Notes: generated by a model not told the origin, from the letters alone. A stretch of 32,000 nucleotides of DNA from Promethearchaeota archaeon (GCA_030606485.1 JAUWGH010000006.1:120001-152000); one strand, 5' to 3'; numbered from the stretch's first letter, positions 16,398 to 26,105 are shown. Numbers and translations are program-made.

Positions 16398-18035
16398 TTG
16401 CCAATAAATAAAGCTCTACTCTTTACTGAATTGCTGAATAATTTTTTGGAAATTAATAAAGAATTAATAGCTGTAATTGTCTCTGATGAAGACGGATATA
16501 TTATTGCTGGGGAAAAAAGAAAAGACATTGATATAGAAATAGTCTCTTTTTTAACCGCTGTTGTTAATCCAATATTAGAACGGATTCGTAAAGAATTTAC
16601 ATTTAAAAAGTTTGGGACAGCAAGTTTCGATACCGAAGATAATCGATTACTATTTGTTTCTGTGGATGAAGCAACAACTTTAAGTTTTGTTTTGGAGCAA
16701 ATGAGTTCTGTTGATAAGTTAGCGCCTTATGCATATTTTCTAGCTGAAAAGATTGCACAAATTCTTACCGCTGTTGAAGGTGATTTAATACAATTAACTA
16801 TTCCCAATTTCGAATATGAAGCGGAACTTTCTAAAAGTTCTGACAGATTAAAAAACCAAATTTACCAGAGTAAATTAGATCACGGGGGGATGTATCGTTT
16901 TAAATTTATAATAATTGGGGATCACGAAGTTGGGAAGACCTCAATAATTCGTAGGTTTGTAGAAAATAAATTTTTAGCAGATTATCGTACGACCATAGGC
17001 CTTAATATTATGTCACATAATTTTGAAGCTTTTGGAAATAAGATTAACTTGTGGCTCTGGGATATTGGTGCACAACAATATTTCAAAAGATTTCGAAAAA
17101 CTTATTATAATGGTGCCCAAGCCGCATTCATCGTTTTTGACTTAACATCTCAAGAAACATTTGAAAATCTAAAAAATTGGCACAATGAGCTTAAAGAATT
17201 CATTGAGAATAAAGATTTACCAATAATAATAGTAGGAAATAAAAATGATTTGACTGAGCAAAGAGTAATTAGCTATCAAGATGGTGTGAAATTAGCAAGC
17301 GATTTATCTGATTTATCAAGTTTATTTGATTCATCTATTTTATCTGAGTTTTCTGATCTATCTGATTTATCTGAAGGTATAAAAACTAAGATATCATATA
17401 TTGAAACAAGTGCATTAACTGGAGATAATGTTGAATACGCTTTTCGGTTAATTTCTTATCATTTTATGTTAAAAAGTAAGGAAATAGAAGAAAAAAGATT
17501 AAAAAATGCGGTATTGGGTGAAATTGATTCAATTTTAGAGGATCATGATTCTTTAACTCTGTCCTTTATTACTGAAGATCCATTATGGAGCCCTTGTTTA
17601 CAGATTTTGGCAGGAATAGGAGAATTAGGGGATTATTTAAAAGTAAAAGATAAAGAGAACGAAAAAATATTTGAATATTCAAATGGGTTAGTTTTAAAGA
17701 ATTTTGATTGTGAATCATTTAAAATTTCTGATTCTAATGGCGTCTTTTGTATATTTGATGCGAGAGAGAAAGAACATATTGAACCAAAATGGAAGGATAC
17801 AGTAATTAAAATCATTGAAAAAATCAAAAAAAACAGAGTAATTTTAATTGGAATTAGGGTTTCTGAAGAGACAGAATGGTCACAATTGATGGAAGAATTT
17901 GATGTTAGCGAGAAGGCGGAAGAAAAAATGATATCACTCCTGTTCTTTAAAATTGGAGAAGAACATCGCTTGGAAATTTACAACCAACTTGAAGTCATGC
18001 TGAATACTATTAAAAATCTTCTTTTTAATTATTAA
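16398..18035 (+). CDS. Roadblock/LC7 + Rab-like small GTPase + degenerate second G-domain, copy 2
   Basis: G1 GDHEVGKTS, G2 YRTTIG, G3 WDIGAQ, G4 NKND, G5 ETSAL; the G-domain core is 76/83 identical to copy 1 by hand count; GAGGA precedes the TTG start. Confidence 0.88.
   Translation: MPINKALLFTELLNNFLEINKELIAVIVSDEDGYIIAGEKRKDIDIEIVSFLTAVVNPILERIRKEFTFKKFGTASFDTEDNRLLFVSVDEATTLSFVLEQMSSVDKLAPYAYFLAEKIAQILTAVEGDLIQLTIPNFEYEAELSKSSDRLKNQIYQSKLDHGGMYRFKFIIIGDHEVGKTSIIRRFVENKFLADYRTTIGLNIMSHNFEAFGNKINLWLWDIGAQQYFKRFRKTYYNGAQAAFIVFDLTSQETFENLKNWHNELKEFIENKDLPIIIVGNKNDLTEQRVISYQDGVKLASDLSDLSSLFDSSILSEFSDLSDLSEGIKTKISYIETSALTGDNVEYAFRLISYHFMLKSKEIEEKRLKNAVLGEIDSILEDHDSLTLSFITEDPLWSPCLQILAGIGELGDYLKVKDKENEKIFEYSNGLVLKNFDCESFKISDSNGVFCIFDAREKEHIEPKWKDTVIKIIEKIKKNRVILIGIRVSEETEWSQLMEEFDVSEKAEEKMISLLFFKIGEEHRLEIYNQLEVMLNTIKNLLFNY
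17298..17378 (+). repeat. Nine imperfect 9-bp units encoding S-[DE]-[LF] repeats
   Basis: agcgattta tctgattta tcaagttta tttgattca tctatttta tctgagttt tctgatcta tctgattta tctgaaggt. Confidence 0.8.
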
Positions 18036-18170
18036 TCACAAATATCTCTGTTATTAAAAAGTAAAATTACAAAACCAATAGCAGTAATTCAAAAATCTTT
18101 TGATAAATTAACTCAAAAAATGTCTAAAAAATCACCAGACAAAATAAAAAATTGGAAATAAATAAAATTT

Positions 18171-19418
18171 TTAGAATTCAACTTTCTCTGGATAAGCAAC
18201 TTCTAATAATTCGAGGGCTTTCTTAGCAATTTCATGTGTTATTCTTTCATCTTTATTTTTAAAAGCTTCTCTGATTTTAGGAAGTAAGTATTCAGGAAAA
18301 AATATTAGAGGTTTAATATCAGTTAATAAAAATATCCAATTCCTTTCATCTTTATCTTTTATCTCAATTATCACATTAGACTCTTTTAAATCATTTAATA
18401 TCATTTCAGTATCGGCGAATTCTGAAAAAATCTTTGGCATTTTATCTAAGGGATAATATTTACTTCTCATTAAAACGAAAAAATCATATACATCTGGATT
18501 CAAAAGAATAGAAGCTAAATATTTCGTTTCTTCAATGGACTGTGTATTAGGATCGTACTTAGAAAAGAAATCAACTACTTTTTGTTCATATTTAGGATAT
18601 AACACATGATTGATTTCTTTTAAATGGTTTAATAATTTTATGTCTGGAACTCGGACTAAAAATATATCTTTTGTTAAAAATAAAAATTCACCCTGACGAC
18701 CAATTAAACCCGTTCTTTTATCCCTTTTTCCTTTAATCCAATCACGTTTTATTAAGTTTAATTCTAAAAAAGGGTCAAGTAGCACATCCACATTAGGATT
18801 CTCTTTTATTTTTTCTAATGCATTTCTCAATTCATTTTTTGAAATAGGTTTTTCTCGTAAAAGTTCTAATATTTTTAGTCTCTCTTCACTTTGAAAAATC
18901 AAAGCTGCTTTCTGTATTTTATCTAATTGAGATAAACGATCAATTTCAAAGATGGCAAATTTTAATTCACTCTCAATTTTAGAAATCATTTTATCAAGCA
19001 GAGAAATTTGCTTTAATTCACTTATTTTTACTAATGCTTCGAAATTACTATTTAATTTTTCTGCCATATTTTTAATTATATCCCAAAATATTTCGACCTC
19101 ATCCTCCAATTCAAAAATTGATATCGTTAAATATTGAAAACCATCAGATTCTTGTCTAAAATATGAAACAATTTGATATGGTGTTTCTTTTAATCTTCCT
19201 GAGTAAAAATTACTAAAAACACCTTTATCTGCAACTATTCCAGTTGTATGTTGATAAAATATTCCAAAAATATCATTTTGAACAATTAATTCCGAATAAT
19301 TAGCTTCAGTGAATTTTTGATTATTAAAAACTAGTTTTATCGGTCTGAATTCCGGTACAAATTCGCCCGTTTCTGTTTGATTTAAAACAAATTTAAAAAT
19401 TAAAATACCTTGAATCAT
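18171..19418 (-). CDS. Longin-like N-terminal domain plus two winged-helix domains, copy 2
   Basis: 45/60 identical to 5531-6784 over the first 60 residues (hand count), with similarity along the whole length to the C-terminal YPEKV(DW/EF). Confidence 0.55.
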   Translation of the reverse strand: MIQGILIFKFVLNQTETGEFVPEFRPIKLVFNNQKFTEANYSELIVQNDIFGIFYQHTTGIVADKGVFSNFYSGRLKETPYQIVSYFRQESDGFQYLTISIFELEDEVEIFWDIIKNMAEKLNSNFEALVKISELKQISLLDKMISKIESELKFAIFEIDRLSQLDKIQKAALIFQSEERLKILELLREKPISKNELRNALEKIKENPNVDVLLDPFLELNLIKRDWIKGKRDKRTGLIGRQGEFLFLTKDIFLVRVPDIKLLNHLKEINHVLYPKYEQKVVDFFSKYDPNTQSIEETKYLASILLNPDVYDFFVLMRSKYYPLDKMPKIFSEFADTEMILNDLKESNVIIEIKDKDERNWIFLLTDIKPLIFFPEYLLPKIREAFKNKDERITHEIAKKALELLEVAYPEKVEF

Positions 19419-19512
19419 TTAATATCAACCCCTAACATACTAGTTAAAATTTTTTCATTTATTCATTAAATTTTATAATGGCAATTAATGCTAATAATTA
19501 TATAGTTTTATT

Positions 19513-19544
19513 ATTAGTATTGTACTAATTACTATTCAATAGTA
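19513..19544. promoter_or_regulatory. Two abutting palindromes (putative operator) in the divergent intergenic region
   Basis: ATTAGTA-ttg-TACTAAT (19513-19529) is immediately followed by TACTATT-c-AATAGTA (19530-19544), about 11 nt upstream of TTTATA (19556-19561). Confidence 0.5.
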
Positions 19545-19589
19545 CTCCCAAATATTTATAATAAGTGGTAAAAATTAGGGTTGGTTATT

Positions 19590-22500
19590 TTGAAAAAAAA
19601 AAATAGCATAAGTTATAAAAAAATTTTAATTCTATTCAGTTTAATACTTATATTCTCTTTAATTTTCATTACGCCTGGTATTTACACAAATAAAAATGGA
19701 TATTTTAATAATCCTACTGATGAAACTAATACTGATGAAATCAATACTGATCTTCAGAATAAAGATTTTAGGTCTCAAGGTATAACCTCCGATAATATTT
19801 ATTCAGGAATTGGGGCTCCTTGGAATCTAACTCATTGGGCTAATCGAACGGATTATGATATCCCAGTAGATTTTACTAGTCCACTTATACCTAATGATGA
19901 TGGTAAATGGGGTAGAATGTGTCCGCTTGTAATACAATCTAGTAAGGTTAATAGCGACTTATCGAATTTCACTATCCTTTTAACAAATGATACACTTCCA
20001 TCTGAAATGTTTAATGCAGATGGTCTTTACCCTGCATTAGATGGTGGAGGGGATATTCGTTTTTCGACCGATCTAAACGGTGACAACCTTCTTCCCTGTG
20101 AAATAGTCACATTTACAACTGATAACAACCCTGCTAACGGTAAAGCTGAGATTTGGGTTAAAGTTCCTTCTATTAGTTCCTCTACCGATACCACCATCTA
20201 TGTCTGGTATAACAAACTTGGATACAACGAAGCTGCAATGAACCAACCTGCTGCGGATGATATTCTTGGTTCGGAAGCTGTGTGGTCAAATAACTTTGAG
20301 GGCGTTTGGCATTTGAATGAAAGTTCTGGGAGCGCAAAAGACAGTACATCTAATGGATATGATGGCTCTTTTCAAGGAGATTTACCAGACGCTCAAATTG
20401 GACAAATTGGGGAGGGACAAGATCTTGATGGAACCGGCGATTATGTAGATATAGGCGATGCAGGAACTGGGATACAGACTATTGAGTTTTGGATGGAATC
20501 AGATGATCTTACTGATAGTTTGGATACTGATACTGGTTGGAATATTCCAAGTAATTATGATGATGATTATTGGGATTGGGATTATCCAGGTAATGTCTCC
20601 ACAAATAATAATCAATACGCATCAGAGCCCGATGCTAGTGGTTCACAAGATTGGTATGACTTTAATTTTGGTATACCCGGCGGTTCTTCGATCAATGGTA
20701 TTTGGGTACATATTGAAGCAAATGAAATGGGTGTGGGTACTGCTGGTGCAGACATTGAACTTTCTTGGAATGGAGGTAATTCTTATACCAGCACAGGTTA
20801 TGGAGATGACTACTCTGGTTCTGATGTTAATTATTATTATGGTAGTTCATCAGATCTTTGGGGCAGAGTATCATGGGCTGATACTGAATTAAGCAACGCT
20901 AATTTTAGGGTTAGATTAACGAAAAATGGTGTAACAACTCCTAGAGTTGACCTTCTAAGGGTAAGGGTTTATTATACCATAACCAACGTTAACAGGAAAA
21001 TAATTGATATAGATGGTACCGACCAGATAGAAATCGACGGAAGTACTGCTGATATACTTGCCACTAGTTTTCCAGGTACTACAACAATTTATGTAGACGG
21101 AGCAGTTGCATCTGGTGTAACAACAAACTGGCATCATGTTGTAATTACTGATACGACCGGAGTCAATCCTTCTGATATGGATATTGGTCGAGTTTCATCA
21201 AGGTACTTTGACGGTATCATCGATGAGGTCCGGATCTCAGATACTGTAAGAAGTGCCGACTGGATTAATTCACTATACAACAATCAAGATGATCCGAGCA
21301 CCTTTGTTATTAACGGAACTCCAATAGAGGGCGGCATCATCTCAATCTATATTATCGAACAAATATCTAATATTGTAGATATGCCTTTAGATCTTGGGTG
21401 GCAAGGTAAAAAATTAAACGCTACCATAAAGGACTTGTATGATAAAAGAAATTGGATCAATGGAACTTTCCACGCTGGACCTGATGATAATGACCCTTCC
21501 TGTCCTGAAAATGATAGTATTTATCTTCAAAATTGGACTTATGGTGAATATGATGTTGTGGGTGATTATAGTAATGATATGTCTGGAAATTATTTTGATA
21601 GCACAAACGATCCTTCTAACAATGGCAGTGATTGCTTGGAATTAAGAATGGATGGAGATGGTTTTGGATATGATAAATATGATAGATGTTGGTGGGAGTC
21701 GAATTTCACTTTGCCAAGGGGAAAGGTGATTGAGGGTGAAATAAATCTTGTGATATGTCCTTATACGCAATATTACGAAACCCGTGAGTTTGGAACGCAT
21801 TGGAGTGTTCAAGTTATCTTAAATGGTATAGTAATTGATGACAAGAATCTTATATGGTTAGAATATAGTGGGGGTGGTGATTGGTATCCCTTGAAATTAC
21901 AGTTAACGAATTGGTTAGACGATCCAATAGTATTTCCGGATAATGAGAAAAATATGAGCCTTAGGATACAATTAATAAGAAATGGACCAACACTTAGTCA
22001 CGGCCCGTATGGTTCATATCAACAAGTACTTTTTGATGACGTATCATTAATCGTAAAAACAGAGGTTAAACCTACTCAAATCGGCTTAAAAATGAACCAA
22101 ACTGCTGTTATAGATACTTCAAATTGGGGTGAAGGCACTGTAGAAATAGATGGTGATTGGAATGGCACCCAGTTTCCTTTAGTGCACGCTAATTTTAGCA
22201 ATGATGAGGTCTGGGCATTAGGTGATTATGATATCGATTTTAAAACGAATGTAAATCTTTTTGCGACAAAACATACTCCAGAAACTAATTATGAGACAAA
22301 TGCAGCTTCGTTAGGCACCGGGTTTTCTGTAAGTAATGATAGTTTAGTAAATTGGGAATGTTATGGGTATACTTCGGTCCCAACGGGATATGCCGAAACA
22401 GAAATGAGACTTGAATTTCCAACTGATGTTTATATCACTTGGGTTTCCTATCCTTCAGACCCGCTTATTAATAAATTAGATTTATGTGATAATTCAACTG

Positions 22501-25500
22501 CTGGACTTTTAATTGTTAACGTGTCCAAAATATCAGCTACACCAGATGGTTTTTGGAAGTTTGAAGCAATATCCCCAAATTATTTTGAGCAATTAAATAT
22601 ATATAACAATGCTACAGGTAGTTGGATCGAAGATAACGAATTTTTAAGTGGAGAATATATAAATATTACTGCGAAAATAACGAATAGTCCATTGATATCT
22701 GCTTATATTTTGGATACTAAAGCAATTCTCCATGTAAGATTCCCAAATGGCACTATATGGACAGAAAAAACACAAGAAAAAAACCTTATTTCAAACGGTT
22801 TTGTTTATTTTGATTCTTTTCAAATACCTTCCAACATTCCTAATTATAAAGTAGGAGAATATGATGCAATAATTTCGTGGAATAATTCTCATTCTATTTA
22901 TGGGTTAAATGAAACTGGCATAATCTACAAAAAATTTACCGTAATTCACAATTCTACATTAATACCTGACCAAAGCTATTACGCAGATATATTTGAAGGC
23001 ACTTCAATAAATTTAAAAGTTTCATTTAATGATCTTAAAGATGGCAAGGCTATAGAGGGTGCTGTTGTATATACATATAATTTTACTCATCCTACTATAA
23101 TACAGAATTTCAGTGAAATTAGTCCAGGTTATTATGTTTTTTTAGATTTTAATGTTAGTGGTGCTCCACAAGCTGGTGATAATATTATAACAATTTATGC
23201 AAATTCTTCTTTATATACGAATAATGAAGTTGATGTAACTATTGAAGTAATAAAAGCAACGACTCTTACTGTAGATAAGTCAATTTTATCTGTCCAGTGG
23301 AATGATAATTTTACAATCCAATTAAACTATACTGAGGAAGTTAGTGGGACAGGTATTGATACTACACCAATAAATAATTGGGTAGGAGAAACCCATACTG
23401 TTAGAATCTCTCAAGGAGTATATAACATAACTTGTAATAGTTCCGCATATGAAGTAAATAAACGTTATAATTTATATGTTGATTTTAATGAAACTGGTTA
23501 TGAAACACAATCAATAACAACTATAATTGAAATTGTTGAAAGAGAAACATATATCGACGATATTTTCATAAATGGTAGTGATTGCACGACTAATAAATCT
23601 TATAATGTTAAAGCAGGAGAACTTTTGAATCTTACCGTAAAATATAGGGATATTGAAACAGGTGGGACTTTTATTAATAATGCTCTAGTAAAATTAATAG
23701 GAACGGGAATAGAAAAGACTTTTAACGAAAGGATATCATTCCAATACTATAACTTAACTTTAAATTCAACAGAATTAGGTGTTGGCGTAAAGTTTTTAAC
23801 TATTACTGCTCAAAAAGATAATTATACATCTGCTTCAGAATTGTTAACCATAACTGTTTTTGAAAGAGGAACTAATTATATTTTATATTTGAATGAAACT
23901 GATTCTACAAGCGATCCATCTTACCAACTAACTGATAACCAGCTCTTGAATATCACTGTCTCCTATATAGATACAATATTGACGGAACATATTAGTGGTG
24001 CTACAGTGGATATAAACGGATCAGGAATCTCTAAACAATTTGTTGAGGCTTTCAATAATTATTCTGTAGAAATAAATTCGACAGATTTAAATCTAGGTGT
24101 AAATTTTTTAACTATCTATGCTCAAAAAGAAACTTATGAACCCCAATCAATACTGATTACAATAGAAGTAATACAAATAGAAACAGAATTAAATCTATAT
24201 TTAGATGGAGAGGATAAAACAAGTGAACCATCAATTACAAAATATACAAATCAGAGCTTAAATATTACAATATCGTATAGAGAGTTCGAAATACCCAATA
24301 AACATGTTAGCGGAGCTATAGTGGACATAAATGGATCAGGAATATCTGAGCCTTTATATGAGGCATTCAATAATTATTCTGTGCTTATAAATACGACTAA
24401 ATTAAATCTAGGAGCAAATTTTTTAACAATTTATGCTCGTAAAGATAAGTATGAACCACAAACGATTTTACTTTCGATAGAGATAATACAAATAGAAACA
24501 AATTTAACATTATATAAAAATGGGATAGATATAACAGCTATACCATCAATTAAACAATACACAAATCAAATTCTAAATATTACAGTATCATATAAAGAGG
24601 CTACAGGTCCCTACAAACATGTGAGCGGCGCTATAGTTGATATAAATGGATCGGGAATTTCAAAGGTTTTTAATGAATTAGGAACCAATTATTCAGTTCT
24701 TATTGATACTACAAATCTTAATCAAGGAGCAAATTTTCTGACAATTTATGCTCGTAAAGAAAACTTTGAGCCTCAAACGATTTTACTTACAATAGAGATA
24801 ATACAAATAGAAACAGACTTAAAGTTATTTTTAAATGGAGTGGATAAAACAAATGAACCTTCTATTGACGTAATTACACTTGAAACTTTAAATATCACTA
24901 TAAAATATACCACTTATGGAACTGGAGTCCATATTAGTAATGCAACAATTGAATTATCTGGAAGTGGACTTTCGATAAATATAAGTGAAAATCTTGGTTT
25001 AAAGCAATATTCATTTATTATTAATACAATAGATTTAAACGTAGGATTTAATTTCTTAACAGTTTATGCTCAGAAAAGCAATTATGAAGCTCAAACGATT
25101 TTAATCACAATACAGCTAATTGAAAGAAAAGCATATGATGAGATATATTTAGACAATGAAGATAAAACACTTGAAAAATCAATCGAAACTCCAATAGGTA
25201 AGGAGTTAAATATCACTTTTAAATATTTTGACGATATAACAGGAAATCACATTCCTCAAGCACTAGTACAACTTATAGGAGCAGGACATACTTGGAATTT
25301 TACGGAAAATAATTCATTAAAGCAATATTCGCTAATTATAGATACTACAGAATTAGATATTGGACTTAAATTTCTAACCATATATGCTCAAAGGACATAT
25401 TATCAATCTTCTTCAGAGCTTTTAGAGATAACTGTTAGACAAATAAAAACAAATATTACAACAGAATCTGGAGAAGATGTAATAAATATACAAGCTGGTG

Positions 25501-26105
25501 AATCTTATACTCTAAGAATAACTTTACATGATTTAGATTTTGGAAGTATAATAAAGAATGCAACTGTTAGATATACATGGGAATTAGGACAAGGTTACCT
25601 TACAGATGATGATAATAATGGCATTTTTGAGGTCACATTAGAAAATATACCTGAAGGCACTTTTACTATTACTTTCACTATTTTGAATGTAAGTGATGAT
25701 TATTTATTTGAGCGAAAAACAATAACTCTAAATGTGGTTAGTCCTCCAGAAGAAACTCTAATATTTCTGATATTAACTATAGTCGCCATTGCTGCCTTTA
25801 TTAGTGTCACCAGTTATTTCATAGCATATCAAAGAGTATTAAAGTATCCAAAACCTGTTAGAAAAATTCATAAATTCAAGAAGACTTTAAAGAAGAAAAA
25901 ATCTCCTGATGTTGAAATTCTCTCGAGTAAAGTTCTATTAAAAGCCCTCTACAATGAAGAATTAGATCCTGTTGCTAAACTTTTTAAAGGGAAGATGAAA
26001 TATGAACAACCAGAAAAACAACTAGAACTAAAACCATCAAAAGATGAATTAATTGATACTTTATCCGAAATATCACCTGAAGAATCCGAAAAAAATGAGA
26101 AATAA
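19590..26105 (+). CDS. Giant single-pass cell-surface glycoprotein: DUF2341 + LamG/ConA-like domain, further beta-rich domains and about 9 Ig-like repeats, copy 2
   Basis: DUF2341-like GGDIRFS...CEIV...AEIWVKVP...IYVWY; LamG-like GVWHLNE...DGTGDYV...WHHV...FDGIIDEVRIS; Ig repeats; TM and tail as in 8072-11752. TTG 19590 is preferred over 19581 because it aligns MKK.....YKKILIL with copy 1. Confidence 0.85.
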   Translation: MKKKNSISYKKILILFSLILIFSLIFITPGIYTNKNGYFNNPTDETNTDEINTDLQNKDFRSQGITSDNIYSGIGAPWNLTHWANRTDYDIPVDFTSPLIPNDDGKWGRMCPLVIQSSKVNSDLSNFTILLTNDTLPSEMFNADGLYPALDGGGDIRFSTDLNGDNLLPCEIVTFTTDNNPANGKAEIWVKVPSISSSTDTTIYVWYNKLGYNEAAMNQPAADDILGSEAVWSNNFEGVWHLNESSGSAKDSTSNGYDGSFQGDLPDAQIGQIGEGQDLDGTGDYVDIGDAGTGIQTIEFWMESDDLTDSLDTDTGWNIPSNYDDDYWDWDYPGNVSTNNNQYASEPDASGSQDWYDFNFGIPGGSSINGIWVHIEANEMGVGTAGADIELSWNGGNSYTSTGYGDDYSGSDVNYYYGSSSDLWGRVSWADTELSNANFRVRLTKNGVTTPRVDLLRVRVYYTITNVNRKIIDIDGTDQIEIDGSTADILATSFPGTTTIYVDGAVASGVTTNWHHVVITDTTGVNPSDMDIGRVSSRYFDGIIDEVRISDTVRSADWINSLYNNQDDPSTFVINGTPIEGGIISIYIIEQISNIVDMPLDLGWQGKKLNATIKDLYDKRNWINGTFHAGPDDNDPSCPENDSIYLQNWTYGEYDVVGDYSNDMSGNYFDSTNDPSNNGSDCLELRMDGDGFGYDKYDRCWWESNFTLPRGKVIEGEINLVICPYTQYYETREFGTHWSVQVILNGIVIDDKNLIWLEYSGGGDWYPLKLQLTNWLDDPIVFPDNEKNMSLRIQLIRNGPTLSHGPYGSYQQVLFDDVSLIVKTEVKPTQIGLKMNQTAVIDTSNWGEGTVEIDGDWNGTQFPLVHANFSNDEVWALGDYDIDFKTNVNLFATKHTPETNYETNAASLGTGFSVSNDSLVNWECYGYTSVPTGYAETEMRLEFPTDVYITWVSYPSDPLINKLDLCDNSTAGLLIVNVSKISATPDGFWKFEAISPNYFEQLNIYNNATGSWIEDNEFLSGEYINITAKITNSPLISAYILDTKAILHVRFPNGTIWTEKTQEKNLISNGFVYFDSFQIPSNIPNYKVGEYDAIISWNNSHSIYGLNETGIIYKKFTVIHNSTLIPDQSYYADIFEGTSINLKVSFNDLKDGKAIEGAVVYTYNFTHPTIIQNFSEISPGYYVFLDFNVSGAPQAGDNIITIYANSSLYTNNEVDVTIEVIKATTLTVDKSILSVQWNDNFTIQLNYTEEVSGTGIDTTPINNWVGETHTVRISQGVYNITCNSSAYEVNKRYNLYVDFNETGYETQSITTIIEIVERETYIDDIFINGSDCTTNKSYNVKAGELLNLTVKYRDIETGGTFINNALVKLIGTGIEKTFNERISFQYYNLTLNSTELGVGVKFLTITAQKDNYTSASELLTITVFERGTNYILYLNETDSTSDPSYQLTDNQLLNITVSYIDTILTEHISGATVDINGSGISKQFVEAFNNYSVEINSTDLNLGVNFLTIYAQKETYEPQSILITIEVIQIETELNLYLDGEDKTSEPSITKYTNQSLNITISYREFEIPNKHVSGAIVDINGSGISEPLYEAFNNYSVLINTTKLNLGANFLTIYARKDKYEPQTILLSIEIIQIETNLTLYKNGIDITAIPSIKQYTNQILNITVSYKEATGPYKHVSGAIVDINGSGISKVFNELGTNYSVLIDTTNLNQGANFLTIYARKENFEPQTILLTIEIIQIETDLKLFLNGVDKTNEPSIDVITLETLNITIKYTTYGTGVHISNATIELSGSGLSINISENLGLKQYSFIINTIDLNVGFNFLTVYAQKSNYEAQTILITIQLIERKAYDEIYLDNEDKTLEKSIETPIGKELNITFKYFDDITGNHIPQALVQLIGAGHTWNFTENNSLKQYSLIIDTTELDIGLKFLTIYAQRTYYQSSSELLEITVRQIKTNITTESGEDVINIQAGESYTLRITLHDLDFGSIIKNATVRYTWELGQGYLTDDDNNGIFEVTLENIPEGTFTITFTILNVSDDYLFERKTITLNVVSPPEETLIFLILTIVAIAAFISVTSYFIAYQRVLKYPKPVRKIHKFKKTLKKKKSPDVEILSSKVLLKALYNEELDPVAKLFKGKMKYEQPEKQLELKPSKDELIDTLSEISPEESEKNEK
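23860..25115 (+). repeat. Tandem 315-bp (105 aa) Ig-like repeats
   Basis: The identical junction ATACAAATAGAAACA occurs at 24171, 24486 and 24801 (exact 315-bp spacing); VDINGSGIS and NFLTIYA recur; outer boundaries are approximate. Confidence 0.85.
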
